From Isurus oxyrinchus (lineage: Eukaryota): a stretch of 64,000 nucleotides of DNA. The stretch spans positions 4,092,001 through 4,156,000 of the forward strand of contig JANJGN010000052.1 of assembly GCA_026770705.1 (NCBI GenBank), read 5' to 3'. Every line of letters begins with the position of its first letter. Within the stretch, counting starts at the first letter, position 1. This document shows, piece after piece, positions 13,291 to 25,802 of this stretch. The position numbers and the translations under genes were made by a program. Under the pieces are notes generated by a model, which was not told the DNA's origin, made no database searches, and saw only the letters and a program-made list of their open reading frames with translations.

Positions 13291-13406
13291 TTTGTTGCCA
13301 TTCTCCTCAGTATTGACCATCCCCCCAATTCAGCCTCATCAGTAAATTTTGAGTCTAGTGGATCCACAAACCATCCAGAGTTAAATATTAATATTTCTCT
13401 CCCCAG

Positions 13407-13775
13407 CTGAACCCTCACAAGAGTGGAAAGGTGACACTCCACGAGAGGTGACAGCGCAGCAAGATTCGTGTGTACTGATTCCGTGTCATTACAGTTATCC
13501 ATCGTGTCTGGAAAACCAACCGCGAGGTGGAGTCTGGTTTAATAATGAGGAACAGATTTCCTGGGCTCCCATTGCCTTTCACTCCAAGGATCACAGTCAC
13601 GAGTTACCACGGTTCCGCCATCGGACCCGGCTGTCTGGAGACCTGAAAGATGGTGACTGTTCCCTGATTATAAACAACATCAGACGGGAAGATGCAGGAC
13701 CTTATTTTTTCAGAATAGAATTTGACAATGGTCCGAGCCATAACTATTACCCTGTAACCCAGCTTCACGTTTCTG
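13407..13775 (+). CDS. Siglec gene A V-set exon V2
   Basis: 369 nt, phase 1-1, open; AEPSQEWKGDTPREV...DSCVLIPC...GDCSL...DAGPYFFRIE. Confidence 0.93.
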
Positions 13776-14588
13776 GTAAGTGCTGTGTTATAATTACTCA
13801 ACAATTCACATTCAACACTCAATGGGAAATAACGCAAACTGTGACGTTTACATATTAACACAAAACACAGCTTATTATAACACGCTGTCTGATTCTCAAT
13901 AACCTGCTAATAGCTTCCAGTTCAGTCCTAAAACAACCTCTAATACTCACTTTAATATCAATGATTAAATGTATTGACTGTGTCCATCAATGTTATCAGG
14001 TTATCCACTTACATCAATCTCCCTAATCCTGTTTAAAATTCTTACATATCAACAAATGAAAGATTTGCATTTCTATAGCGCCTTTCAACACCTCTGGACG
14101 TCGCAAATGGATTCACAACCATTGAAATAATTGTTGAAATGTAGCCCTTGTTGTAATATAGGAAACACAGCAGCCAACATGTGCACAGGAAGCTCCCAGA
14201 AACAGCAATGTGATCAATAACCTGATCATCTGCTTTAAATGCCGGTTCAGTGATTGGTTCAAATGGATTCTCTCCTGGTGGCGACAGGATAGAATTTAAA
14301 TCTGGCAGATTTCAGAGAAAGTAACAAGCCAGTGTGTCAGGAACTGTGAGCTGCTCCCCCGCCCTCACCTGGGATTGTCAATTCAATTGTCTCAAAGTGG
14401 AAGTGAATTCATCTGAGAGACAGAAATTCCACTAAGTCTGAAAATAGGAAATTCTCTCCTGATCATTGTAACCTCTCAGATCTGATATCATCCTTGTAAA
14501 ATTGCTTTCTCTTGTGGGACTGTGCTTTCTATTTAAACTGATGCTTCATGTTATATTTCTCTAAAAGGATCCATTCTCCGTCTGTTAG

Positions 14589-14885
14589 ATTTCACAGATA
14601 AACCCACGATATTCCCTGCTGAAATTATTGCAGGAAAGCGTGTGGATGTAAGCTGCACCTTCAACACAACGTGCAATGGAACAGCAGCACCTGTCTTAAC
14701 CTGGGACACTCCCACTGACGTACCTGGATCAGTCTCAAACACTGTAACTCAGCATGGTGTCACTCTGACCTATACTTCTGTTCTGACCCTGATCCCATCA
14801 CTCAAACACCACGGACACACTCTCAGCTGCAGAGTGAGATATCCATCTGTTTCATCGGAGCTGACCCTTATGCTAACTGTAAAAT
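14589..14885 (+). CDS. Siglec gene A Ig domain following V (C2-1)
   Basis: 297 nt, phase 1-1; DKPTIFP...VSCTFNTTC...LTW...HHGHTLSCRV, including the extra Cys for the V-C2 interdomain bond. Confidence 0.93.
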
Positions 14886-15254
14886 GTAAGTATGGATTCC
14901 CTTCATTCTATATTAGCTGTAATAGGATACAATGTGCAGAGCAAGATCCCAAAAACATCACTTGAAGACAAAACAGGTCCTTTTTTATTAGTGATATTGA
15001 CCAGGGAGAGCTCTTCCTGTATTGAGCCTTGGGATTGTTTGTGCCTACCTGATAGGGCAGAGGGGGCCAAGGTTGAACTTAAAAGACAATATAGGATAAT
15101 ATAAATATTGTCTTCATTGATGTCAAAGATTTTGGGGGAGATGTAGTATAAAAGTTTAATATTAACAATGTAAATAGATAGTATTTATCATCAGTTACTC
15201 AAGGTCACATGAGAATAGAACACGGAGAGAGATAGTTCTCTTGATACCTAGGTA

Positions 15255-17330
15255 CATAGAAACTAGGAGCAGGATTAGGACATTCAGCCCTTCAAGCCTT
15301 CTCCACCATTCAATATGATCAAGGCTGACCCTCTATCTCAAAGCCTTATTCCCGCTTTCTCTCCGTACCCTTTGATGCCCCTAATATCAAAATATTTATC
15401 AGTTTCTTTCTTGAATACACTCAGTGACCCGGCCTCCACAGCCTCTGTGATGGAGAATTCCACAGATTGACCACCCTCTGAGTGAAGAAATGTTTCCCTA
15501 TCTCAGTCCAAAATGGCCTGCCCTGTATCCTGAGATTGTCGCCCTTGGTTTTAGACTCCCCAACCAAGGGATGCATCCTCCCTCCATCCAGTCTGTCTAT
15601 CTCTGTTAGAATTTCTTACGTTTATTCAGGTCTCCTCTCATTCTTCTAAACTCTAGTGAATACAGACCCAGTCGTACCAATTCTCCTCATACGACAGTCC
15701 TGCCGCCCCTGGTATCAGCCTAGAGAACCTTCTCTGCGCTCTCTTGACGGCAAGTCTATCCTTTTTTAGGGAGGGAGACCAAAACGGCACGTAGTACCCC
15801 ATGTGCAGTCTCACCAAGACCTTATATAACTGCAGTAAGACATCCCTACTCCTGAACACAAATCCTCTTGCAATGAAGGCCAACATACCATTTGCCTTCC
15901 GAATTACTTGCTGCACCTGCCTGTTTACTTTCATTGGCTAGTGCACAAGGACACCCAGATCCCTTTGTACATCCACATTTCCCATTATATCACCATTTAA
16001 ATAATACTCTGCCTTTCTGTTTTTCACACCAAAGCCTACAATGTCACATTCATCCACATCATCTGCCATGTGTTTGCCCACACACACAACATGTCTAAAT
16101 CGCCTTGAAGTCTCTTTGCATCCTCCTCACAGCTCACACCCTTACCCAGCGTTGTGTCATCAGAAAACCTGGAAATATTGCACTTGGCTCCCTCACCCAA
16201 GTCATTTAAATATATCGTGAATAGTTAGGTCCCAAGCACGGATCCCTGTGGTACACCACTAGTCACTGCCTGCCACTCAGATAAAGACTAATTTATTCTG
16301 ACCCTCTGTTTCCTGTCTGTCGACCAATTCTCAATCCATGCCAGTAAATTACCCCCAATCCCATGGGCTTTAATGTTGCCCACTAGCCTCATGTAGGACC
16401 TTATCAAAAGCCTTCTTGAAATCTAAAAACACCACATCCACTGGTTATCCCTTATCTATTCCACAAGTTACATCCTCAAAATCTCCAGTAGATTAGTTAA
16501 GCATGATTTTCCTTTCATTAACCCATGCTGACTTTGTCTAATCCCATTCATGCTTTCCAAGCGTTCCGTTAGCACACCTTATATAATAGGCTCTAGCGTT
16601 TTCCCCATGTTAGACTAACTGATCTGTAATTCCCAGTTTTTTTCTCTCCCTTCTATTTTAAATAGTGGGGTTACAATTGCCACCCTCCAATCTATAGGAA
16701 CTGCTCCAGAGCCTATAGAATTTTGGAGGATGACCACCAGTGCTTCCAATATTTCCAGGGTCACTTCCGTTAGTCTCTGGGATGTAGATTTTCAGGCCCT
16801 GGGGACTGTTCAACCTTTAACCCATTAATTTCTCCAGCTCCATTTTTTAAAACTAATCCTGATTATCTTCAATTCCTCCCTCTCACGAGACACTTGGTTC
16901 CCTAACATTCCTGGGAAATTATTTGTGTCCTCTTTTGTGAAGACAGAACTAAAATATATGTTCAGTTCTTCTGCCATTTCTTTGTTTCTCATTAGAATTT
17001 CCCCCATTTCTGACTGCAAGGAACCTACATCGGTCACTGCTAATCTTTCTCTCTTCACATATTTATAGAAGCTTTTACAGTCGGTTTTTACGTTCCCTGC
17101 AAGTTTACTCCCATGTTCCATTTTCCCCTTCTTGATCAATCTTTTTGTCCACTTTTGCTGAATTCTAAACTGCTCCCAATCCTCAGCATTGCTGCTTCCC
17201 CTGGCAATTTTATGTCTCCTCTCTGGATCTAATACTATCCCTAATTTCTTTTGTAAGCCCTGGTTGAGCACCATTTCCTGATTTATTTTTACGCCAGACA
17301 GAAATGGATAATTGTTGTAGCAAATGCTTC
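15255..17330 (-). mobile_element. CR1 LINE ORF2, degenerate
   Basis: KSFYKYVKRER, MAEELNIYFSSVFTKED, RKANGMLAFIARG, LLQLYKVLVRLH. Confidence 0.9.
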
Positions 17331-17429
17331 AGCCTTATCTTTTGCCCTGATGTGCTGGGCTCCCCCTTCATTGAGGATGGGGATATTTGTGGATTCCCCT
17401 CCTCCAGTGAGCTAATTGTCCGTTACCAT

Positions 17430-18430
17430 TGGATACGAGCATTAGTGGACTGTGTTAGACCATTATCGAAAATGAAAGCCGGACTCCAGTATGGCCTCAC
17501 TATGATGGATATGACAACTCGATTTCCAGAGACCATCCCTTTAGGAACAATTACAGCTAAAGTAGTAATAGGGAAGTTAACCCAATTTTTTACCCATTAT
17601 GGATTACCGCTGGAGATCCAGTCAGATCAAGGTTCCATCTCTATGTCTTAAAATTTTCCGAACATAATGAGTAATTTGGGTATAAAACAGTTAAAGTCCA
17701 CAGCATATCATCCATAGACACAGGGATCTTTAGAGAGGGACCAACAAACACTCAAAACAATGATTGAAGCTATTGTCATGAACTCCCCATGACTGGGACA
17801 AAGGACTGGATTTTCTTGTATTTCCCACACGAGATTCACCAACTGAATCGGCAGGTTTTAGTCTTTTTGGAATAACTTATGGACACGAGATAAGAGGCTG
17901 TCTGAAATACATCAAAGAAAGATATTCCGGACAGAGGGATGAATCCTCTATTTCAGATGATGTGTCCATGTTTCAGGAACGGCTCATAGGAGCCTCCAAA
18001 GTGGCACAAGAACATCTTATAGTTTCTCAAACAGAAATGAAGGAATGGGGCAGACAGGCAAGCTGTGACCCGAACATCACAACCAGGGGGATGACGTGTT
18101 AGTATCATTGCCTTGGCAGGGGGAGCCTCTGAAAGCGCGGTTCAGTGGTCCCCACAAGGTAATTAGGAGGGTTGGTCAAGTAAGTTATTTGATAGACACC
18201 CCAGATTGTAGAATAAAGAATCGGCTGTGACACATCAATATGTTAAAACGATACCATCGTATGGAGGGAGGTAAAAAGGAGCAGGTATTTCATTTCCAAC
18301 CAGATTCTGCATAGATTACAGAAAGGTTAATGCAGCAATAAAACCAGATTCCTACCCAATCCCCTGTTTAGAAGATGGTATTGACGGGGTTGGCAGTGCC
18401 ATGTTCCTTACTGAGATAAATTTGTTGGTA
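17430..18430 (+). mobile_element. Gypsy (Gmr1-like) integrase followed by RT fragment
   Basis: VDCVRPL...TRFPETIPL...IQSDQGS, ARFSGPHKV, HINMLKRYH, then CIDYRKVNAAIKPDSYPIP from about 18308. Confidence 0.8.
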
Positions 18431-18519
18431 GTGGGGGGTGTTCGTGACCATCAGTGTGGAAGGGTTAGGTTTACAGGTTACACAGACCACACACGCACCA
18501 ACAGACACACACACACATG

Positions 18520-18985
18520 NNNNNNNNNNNNNNNNNNNNNNNNNNNNNNNNNNNNNNNNNNNNNNNNNNNNNNNNNNNNNNNNNNNNNNNNNNNNNNNNN
18601 NNNNNNNNNNNNNNNNNNNNNNNNNNNNNNNNNNNNNNNNNNNNNNNNNNNNNNNNNNNNNNNNNNNNNNNNNNNNNNNNNNNNNCATGCACANNNNNNN
18701 NNNNNNNNNNNNNNNNNNNNNNNNNNNNNNNNNNNNNNNNNNNNNNNNNNNNNNNNNNNNNNNNNNNNNNNNNNNNNNNNNNNNNNNNNNNNNNNNNNNN
18801 NNNNNNNNNNNNNNNNNNNNNNNNNNNNNNNNNNNNNNNNNNNNNNNNNNNNNNNNNNNNNNNNNNNNNNNNNNNNNNNNNNNNNNNNNNNNNNNNNNNN
18901 NNNNNNNNNNNNNNNNNNNNNNNNNNNNNNNNNNNNNNNNNNNNNNNNNNNNNNNNNNNNNNNNNNNNNNNNNNNNNNNNNNNNN
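18520..18985. other. N-runs (also 33690-34246, 34985-35123, 35417-35687)
   Basis: Unknown bases, often flanked by CA/TG microsatellite; content cannot be assessed. Confidence 0.99.
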
Positions 18986-19139
18986 TCAGTGCTGCACTGG
19001 AGTCTCGGTGTCAGCTCCGATTCTGTGCTGAAGGAAGGTAAACTCCAGATCAACAAGACCCTGAATTGGATGAGCAAAATCCTTAACAGAGAATTGTAGA
19101 TTTACCCCTCAGTGCTCCATCGATTAAATATAATTCATT

Positions 19140-19389
19140 ACAAAAACAGAATTACCTGGAAAAACTCAGCAGGTCTGGCAGCATCGGCGGAGAAGAAAAG
19201 AGTTGACGTTTCGAGTCTTCATGACCCTTCGACAGAACTAAAGTTCTGTCGAAGGGTCATGAAGACTCGAAACGTCAACTCTTTTCTTCTCCGCCGATGC
19301 TGCCAGACCTGCTGAGTTTTTCCAGGTAATTCTGTTTTTGTTTTGGATTTCCAGCATCCGCAGTTCTCTTTGTTTTTATCTCTGTGTTT
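19140..19389. mobile_element. Penelope-type terminal-repeat fold-back with 100-bp perfect arms and 13-bp target duplication
   Basis: 19140-19239 is the reverse complement of 19242-19341; aatataattcatt at 19127-19139 and 19390-19402. Confidence 0.85.
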
Positions 19390-19659
19390 AATATAATTCA
19401 TTGCCTGTCAAGCCCTTGGGGACATCCTGAGGATGTGAAAGGGAGTTTCTTTAAATCTGGATGGGCAGGGTCTCTGGTGGGAGAATGCTCCTGCAGTGTG
19501 ACAGTTTACATAGGCAGTGCCCATTGTAAATGTGACATAGGAACTTATCTTGAGAGAAGGTGCCTAGAAATGCACACAGGCATCAGATACAGAGACATGA
19601 TGCATGGAGTCTTGCTGTGCACAGTGCTTGCTCACATTAAACACTTGATTTGTTCTTAG

Positions 19660-19941
19660 ATGCTCCACAGAATCTCTCATTTACTTCTCTTGATATGATT
19701 AACGCTTCATCGATCAATATAATTGAGGGGAATTCTGCAGTGATAATCTGCTCTGTCGAGAGCTTCCCAGCTTCTAACCTGACGTGGCGACATCTTAATG
19801 TCCCAATGAACAGAACAAGTTCCAACAATGAGCTGTGGTTGGTGATTCCTCACCTTACATCCAGGGACACTGGAGACTATCAGTGTGTGGCAGAGAATGA
19901 ACATGGAGCAGTGGAGGGGTTCATAACCATCACTGTGGAAT
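19660..19941 (+). CDS. Siglec gene A C2-2 exon
   Basis: 282 nt, phase 1-1; YAPQNL...EGNSAVIICSVESFPASNLTW...DTGDYQCVAENEHG. Confidence 0.93.
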
Positions 19942-19984
19942 GTGAGTGTGGAGATACATTTGTTTGTTTGTTGTCTCCGTGGTC

Positions 19985-20268
19985 TCCGTGGAGCCATTGG
20001 GATCGTGTTGTTTTTAATCCAGTTTTCTTCAATCCTCACTCAGTCCACGTTATCCACACACCCAATTTTTCCTCTCTCTTTCTGTTTTTGCTCTCAGTTT
20101 CTCCTTCAATGGTTGTCAGGACAAGGCTGTCAGGTCTTCGTTTCCAATCTCCGTACTTGACGACCTTTCTCTCTCTAACTGTCCTGAACAACCCTTTTAA
20201 TTGCTGAACGTCTCCTCTTGATCTCAGCCACTCATTGGTCTTTCTGTCCATCCAGCTGATTCTGAGCA
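19985..20268 (-). mobile_element. RTE-like LINE 3' fragment
   Basis: MLRISWMDRKTNEW and a TTIEG...RKR C-terminal motif. Confidence 0.55.
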
Positions 20269-20269
20269 T

Positions 20270-21480
20270 CTGGCAGCATCTGTGGAGAGAAAGACAGGGT
20301 TAGCGTTTGGAGTCCGTAAGACTCCTCTTCAGAGCTAAAGGGAAGTAGACATGTGGTGAAATATATCCTGTCTAAGGGGGGGCGATGGGACAGGTGGAGC
20401 TGGGTAGAAAACCAGCGATAGGTGGAGGCAATGGAGAGATTGTGGAAGATGTCATAAACAAAAGGTCAAAGGGTTGTTAACAGTGGTGGTATTGGATAAA
20501 GGAGGTGCTAATGGTGACATTAAGCAGAGTGTGATAATGGGCGGACCAGGGTAAGCACTCTGGAAAGAGACAGATGGCCCTCGTGGGGGTGTGGAAGGGG
20601 AAGGGGACGGTGGAGGGAATAAAGATCGAAAATAGACTAAAATCTGTGGATAAAACAATCAATAAAAATGGAAATGAATTTCAAATAATAATAATAAAAA
20701 TAAGTGGAAAAAAATTAACAAGTAAAACAATTAAAATGTATATATTAAAAAATCGGGTCAAAAAGCAGTGAAGATCGAGGAGAGAGTTCATGACCAGAAA
20801 TTGTTGAACTCAATATTCAGTCGGGAAGGCTGTAAAGTGCCTGGTCGGAAGATGAGGTGCTGTTCCTCCAGTTTGCGTTGGGCTTCACTGGAACAATGCA
20901 GCAGGCCAAGGACGGACATGTGGGCATGAGAGCAGGGTGGGGTGTTAAAATGGCAAGCGACAGGGAGGTCTGGGTCGTTCTTGCAGACAGACTGAAGGTA
21001 TTCTGAAAAGTGGTCACCCAGTCTGTGTTTGGTGTCTCCAATGTAGAGGAAACCGCACTGGGAGCAGTGAATGCAGTAGATTAAATTGAAGGAAGTCTGC
21101 ATGAAGCGCTGCTTCACCTGGAAGGAGTGTTTGGGTCATTGGACAGTGAGGGGGGAGGAAGTAAAGGGGCAGGTGTTGCACCTTCTGCAAATACATGGGA
21201 AGATGTCATCGGAGAGGGTTGAGGTGCTAGGGGTGATGGAGGAGTGGACCAGGGTGTCCTGGAGGGAATGATCCCTATGGAATGCCAACGTGGGGGGGGT
21301 GGGGGGGGGCGGATGTGGTGAAGGGAAGATGTGTTTGGTGGTGGCATCATGCTGGAGTTGGCGGAAATGGCGGAGAATGATCCTTTGAATGAGGAGGCTG
21401 GTGGGGTGAAAAGTGAAGACAGGAGGGACCCTTACATTGCTCTGGGAGGGAGAGGAATTTGCAAGGCGGGATGCGCGGGA
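20270..21480 (-). mobile_element. Penelope-like retroelement (GIY-YIG endonuclease end plus terminal repeat)
   Basis: NLIYCIHCSQCGFLYIGDTKHRLGDHF...PVACHFN...QRKLEEQHLIF...LQPSRLNIEF (20788-21117 -). Confidence 0.9.
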
Positions 21481-21811
21481 GATACACAATCTCCAACTCT
21501 TTCTCAACCATTAAGATGCTCCTTAAAACCATTAAGACACACCGTTAAAACCTCCTGCTTTCAGCGAGCTTTTGCTCACCTCTCCTAATATCTCCTAATG
21601 TGACTCGGGGTCAGATTTTGTCCGAAGGAGGTGAGAAATGATGGAGGGAATTCCAGAGGTTAGGGTCCAGGCAGCTTAAGGCACGGCCGCCAATGGTGGA
21701 GAGATGGGAATGGGAGAATGTGCAAGGGGTCGGAATTGGAGGAGCACAGAGATTTCGGAGAGCTGTGGGGTGTGGGGATTATCTGCTGATTGTTCTCTGT
21801 CTTTGTTCCAG

Positions 21812-22087
21812 ATCCCCCACAGGAGACGATGGTGTCCATCAGCAGATCCTCAGGTGGGATAAGAGTGGGAAGCAATATCACATTAACCTGCTCCAGTGAA
21901 AGTGTCCCACCGATATCTCATTACACCTGGTTCAGGATCGAGGGGAACACCAGCACCCAGTTAAACACAAGTAGCCGCACTCTCTCCTTCACTCCTGTAA
22001 CACGGGAGAATGATGCAGGTTTCTACTGCACAGCGAGGAACCCGGTGGGTAACAGCACCTCCAACATCACCCACCTGAACGTACAAT
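21812..22087 (+). CDS. Siglec gene A C2-3 exon
   Basis: 276 nt, phase 1-1; YPPQET...GSNITLTCSSESVPPISHYTWFR...DAGFYCTARNPVG. Confidence 0.93.
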
Positions 22088-22429
22088 GTAAGCATTTTAC
22101 TCCCCCTGTCTCTGCTTAAAACTCAAACACTTTCTGTCTGAGGGCAGCTTCCTTGCTGTTGTTTAGCATAACTAGCATCACCTCCCTGCTTTTTTCACCC
22201 TGCGCCTCTCCGAGATACATAAGGAGATATCAGAACAGGGACTGAAAGCTCAGAGAAAGAGGCCAGATTTTAAGGAGTGTCTGAAATGAGGAGAGAGATA
22301 GACATGGAGAGGTTTACGGTGGGAATTCTAGAGCTCGGGGCCCAGGCAGCTGAAGGCACGGCCGCCAATGGTGGAGCGATAGGAATCGGGGGATGGTCAA
22401 GAGGCCGGAATTGGAGGAACGCAGAGACC

Positions 22430-22810
22430 TCGGAGGGATGTAGATGCTGGAGGAGGTTACAGAGATAGGGAGGGTTGTGGGGTCTGGAGGAGGTTACAGA
22501 GATAGGGAGGGTTGTGATGGCTGGAGGAGGTAACAGAGATAGGGAGGGTTATAGGGGCTGGAGGAGGTAACAGAGATAGGGAGGGTTGTGATGGCTGGAG
22601 GAGGTAACAGAGATAGGGAGGGTTATAGGGGCTGGAGGAGGTAACAGAGATAGGGAGGGTTGTAGATGCTGGAGGAGGTAACAGAGATAGGGAGGGTTGT
22701 GGGGTCTGGAGGAGGTTACAGAGATAGGGAGGGTTGAAGGGGCTGGAGGAGGTTACAGAGATAGGGAGGGTTGTAGATGCTGGAGGAGGTAACAGAGATA
22801 GGGAGGGAGT
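22430..22810. repeat. 37-bp minisatellite, G-rich orientation
   Basis: Directly visible; also at 44080-44460. Confidence 0.93.
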
Positions 22811-23117
22811 AAGGAGGAATTTGAAACGATGTAAATTTTAAAATTGTGGCATTGTCGGACCGGGAGCCAGTGTAGCTCAGTGACCAACAGGGAGTGATGT
22901 GTGAACGGGACTCGGTGTGAGTTAGGACATGGGGACAGCAGAGTTTGGGATGAGCTGATGTTTCCGGAGAGTGGAAGATGGGAGGTCAGGCAGGAGAGTG
23001 TTGGGATAGTCGAGTGCGGAGGTAACAAAGGCAGGAATGAGTGTTTCAGTGTTAAGATTCTATCTTACGCTCTAACTTTGCTATGACGTTGTCTCATTGT
23101 TGTCCTTCCCTCCTCAG

Positions 23118-23411
23118 ATAAGCCGGAGATTTCCCAGCAGTCGGAGTGCACTCGGAGGTCAGAGGGGGTCACCTGCGTCTGTGTGGCCAACTCCAACCCA
23201 CCCGGAGACCTCACCTGGCACCTGCCCAGTGCCAACATCAGTGGTAACCAAAAAAACGGAGGTTTTGTGTCGTGGCAGGTCAGAGATGGGCATCTGGTGA
23301 CTGGTTCCCTCACCCTGATGAGACCCCAGGATGAGGGGGGAGTGATGGCATCCTGCTCGGTTCAAAACCCACACGGGGAAGCCATGTTCAAGATGTATCT
23401 GTGGGTCAAAG
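23118..23411 (+). CDS. Siglec gene A membrane-proximal C2-4 exon (MAG domain-5-like)
   Basis: 294 nt, phase 1-1; YKPEISQQSECTRRSEGVTCVCVANSNPP...HLPSANIS...VTGSLTL...ASCSVQNPHG, with the C...CxC...SNP pattern of MAG/CD33-related proximal domains. Confidence 0.92.
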
Positions 23412-24295
23412 GTGAGAGACTCGCTCAGGATCGATCTCCACTCAGCTGGATTGATCCCTAAACTCGAGAATTCCCTCCCTCAACCTCTCCACCTCTCTCT
23501 CTACCTCCTCTAAGATGCTGTGTACAACTTCCCCCTTTGACCAAGCTTTGAATCACCTGACCTCATGTGACAATGGCAACACTTGGTCAACTTGGAGCCA
23601 GGCCGTTCAGGGGGTGATGTCAGGAAGCACTTCTTCACACAAAGGGGAGTGGAAATCTGGAACCCTCTCCCCCAGATAAGCTGCTTCATTGGGTGCAAGA
23701 CAGAAAGCTTTGACAAAATGTCCTTTCTCAGCAATACTCAGGTTCTCCTCCCAAACGATAAAATATTATATATAAACATTTCATAGATTACATCGAGAAA
23801 CATTTTATATAAATGTTACATAGATTACATTGATAAATATTATATATAAATGTTACATAGATTACGTTGAGAAACGCAACAGCTGATTTGTGCAGAGCAA
23901 GATCCCACAAATAACAGTGTGAGGATGAGGTGATAAATGATTATTTTAGTGATGTTAGTTGATACATATATATAGAAATTAAAGATATAATTACACATTT
24001 AGTGAGGGAAACCTGTCCATTTTAACAGGTCTGGGTGTATATGTGACTCCAGTCTCAGACACCATCATGGTTAACTCTTACCTGCCCTCTGAACTGCTCT
24101 CCCAGTTTGGGACCAACCAGTGGTTCAGGAGGAAGACCCCCCACCACCTTCTCAAGGGGAAACTAGGGATGGACAATAAATGTCAGCATTGCCCGAGAAT
24201 GAGTATTTAAACACTGAGTGAGTGTATCGCTTCTCGAGATACATCGGAGCATCATTGTAAACCTGTAGTGCAGTAATTAATGGCTGTTTTTACAG

Positions 24296-24392
24296 GTAGA
24301 GACTCCAGTAAATGGACAGTAGGATTGTTCACGGCTGGGATCATGTTGAGTGTTTTCCTGGCTGGAATCTTCATCTTCATCTGTGTGAGAAA
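24296..24392 (+). CDS. Siglec gene A transmembrane exon (GRDSSKWTVGLFTAGIMLSVFLAGIFIFICVRK), uncharged
   Basis: TTTTACAG acceptor, AA|GTAAGT donor, phase 1 to 2. Confidence 0.9.
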
Positions 24393-24509
24393 GTAAGTCT
24401 GAAGATTTAACTTGATTTTAATATAAACATTTGTTTAGGATTAATTGGACAGTTTTTACAAAGGGCCAGCACAGGCACGATGGGCTGAGTGGCTTCCTCC
24501 CGAGCTGTG

Positions 24510-24975
24510 AGATTTTAAATTCTTTCATCGAATGTGACTGTCACTGGCGTGGCCAATACTAATTGCCCATTCCCTAAATGCCCCTTGAGAATGAGGTGGT
24601 GAGCTGCCTTCTTGACCCGCTGCAGTCCATGTGGTGTAGGTACACCCACAGTGCTGTTAGAGAGGGAGCTCCAGGATTTTGACCCAGCGACAGTGAAGGA
24701 ACGGTGATATATTTCCAAGTCAGGATGGTGAGTGACTTGGAGGGGAACTTCCAGGTGGTGGTGTTCCCATGTGTCTGCTGCCCTTGTCCTTCTAGATGGT
24801 AGAGGTCGTGGGTTTGGAAGGTGCTGTTGAAGGAGCCTTGCTGAGTTGCTGCAGTGCATCTTGTATATGTTACACACACTGCTGCCACTGTGTGTTCGTT
24901 GTGGAGGGAGTGAATGTTTAATGTGGTGGATGGGGTGTAGATCAATCGAGCTGCTTTGTCCTGGATGGTGTCGAG
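24510..24975 (-). mobile_element. LINE 3' fragment (copy at 27050-27510, part of the cassette duplication)
   Basis: CNIYKMHCSNSARLLQQHLPNPRPLP...SFTVAGSKSW; same family as 31370-31745. Confidence 0.8.
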
Positions 24976-25115
24976 ATTCTAGATTCTGTGCTTTGTGCAG
25001 AAGTGATTTAAAGAGACAGTCCAGTCATTGGTGTAAGGTTACAGTGGGCTCTGTGTCTGTGCTGCACTGACTCTTTGCTATGTGATAACCACAGTGTGAT
25101 ATTGTGTTATTGCAG

Positions 25116-25197
25116 GAGAAAGACAGCGATGGAGGAGAGAGTTTCAGGGACCAGTGACATTGCATTGACCCCCAGTTCACTCTCTGTGAAGCACCAG
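25116..25197 (+). CDS. Gene A cytoplasmic exon 1, cassette a (RKTAMEERVSGTSDIALTPSSLSVKHQ)
   Basis: TGCAG acceptor, CAG|GTACAG donor, 82 nt, phase 2 to 0. Confidence 0.82.
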
Positions 25198-25717
25198 GTA
25201 CAGGAGCTGTTTACACTCACTCCAAAGCTTCAATCTCAGTGTGTAGACAACACATGTCCCAGATTCCCTGCCCAGTTACCCACTGATTTGTACCTGTGGA
25301 GTCAGCAATGGTTCAGTATCATGCTGTCTCTCTGTTATGACACAGCAACTGGTAAAGGCTGTTGTTTAAAAACCCAGAGGGAAACTTTAAACAACTGTCA
25401 TAACCTATATTTCCCAGTGGAATGTTTGAGATGCATCTCTAAATTCAGGAATAAGACCACCAGTTCTGGAGATGGGTTTATATCAAACTAAATGAGACAT
25501 ATATTAATTTACACAAGTTAAACATATGCACATGGTTACAAACTAGTATTATCATAACTTTTTAACAAATTCTCAAACTAATCTCCTCTAAGACAACCCA
25601 TAGTCTTTAAGCAGATTCCAGGCATTTTCACCTCACAAGTTCCAGTTTCTCTCTCTATCTCAACCTCCCTTTCTTTCTCTCTCTTTCTCTCTCTCTCATC
25701 CTCTCTCTGATTACAAG

Positions 25718-25795
25718 GTGCATGTTAATGAGCTTCACACCAGAAACTTGAGTGAAGAATCCAAGCCGTCACTCACCAGAGCCATTACCGAGAGA
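25718..25795 (+). CDS. Gene A possible cytoplasmic exon 2, cassette a (VHVNELHTRNLSEESKPSLTRAITER)
   Basis: Pyrimidine tract + AAG acceptor, 78 nt, phase 0-0; weak donor GTGCGA. Confidence 0.45.
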
Positions 25796-25802
25796 GTGCG
25801 AG

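Noticed and set aside
18368-19099. Long ORFs across N-runs (also 33614-35742)
   Set aside because: Artefacts of unknown bases
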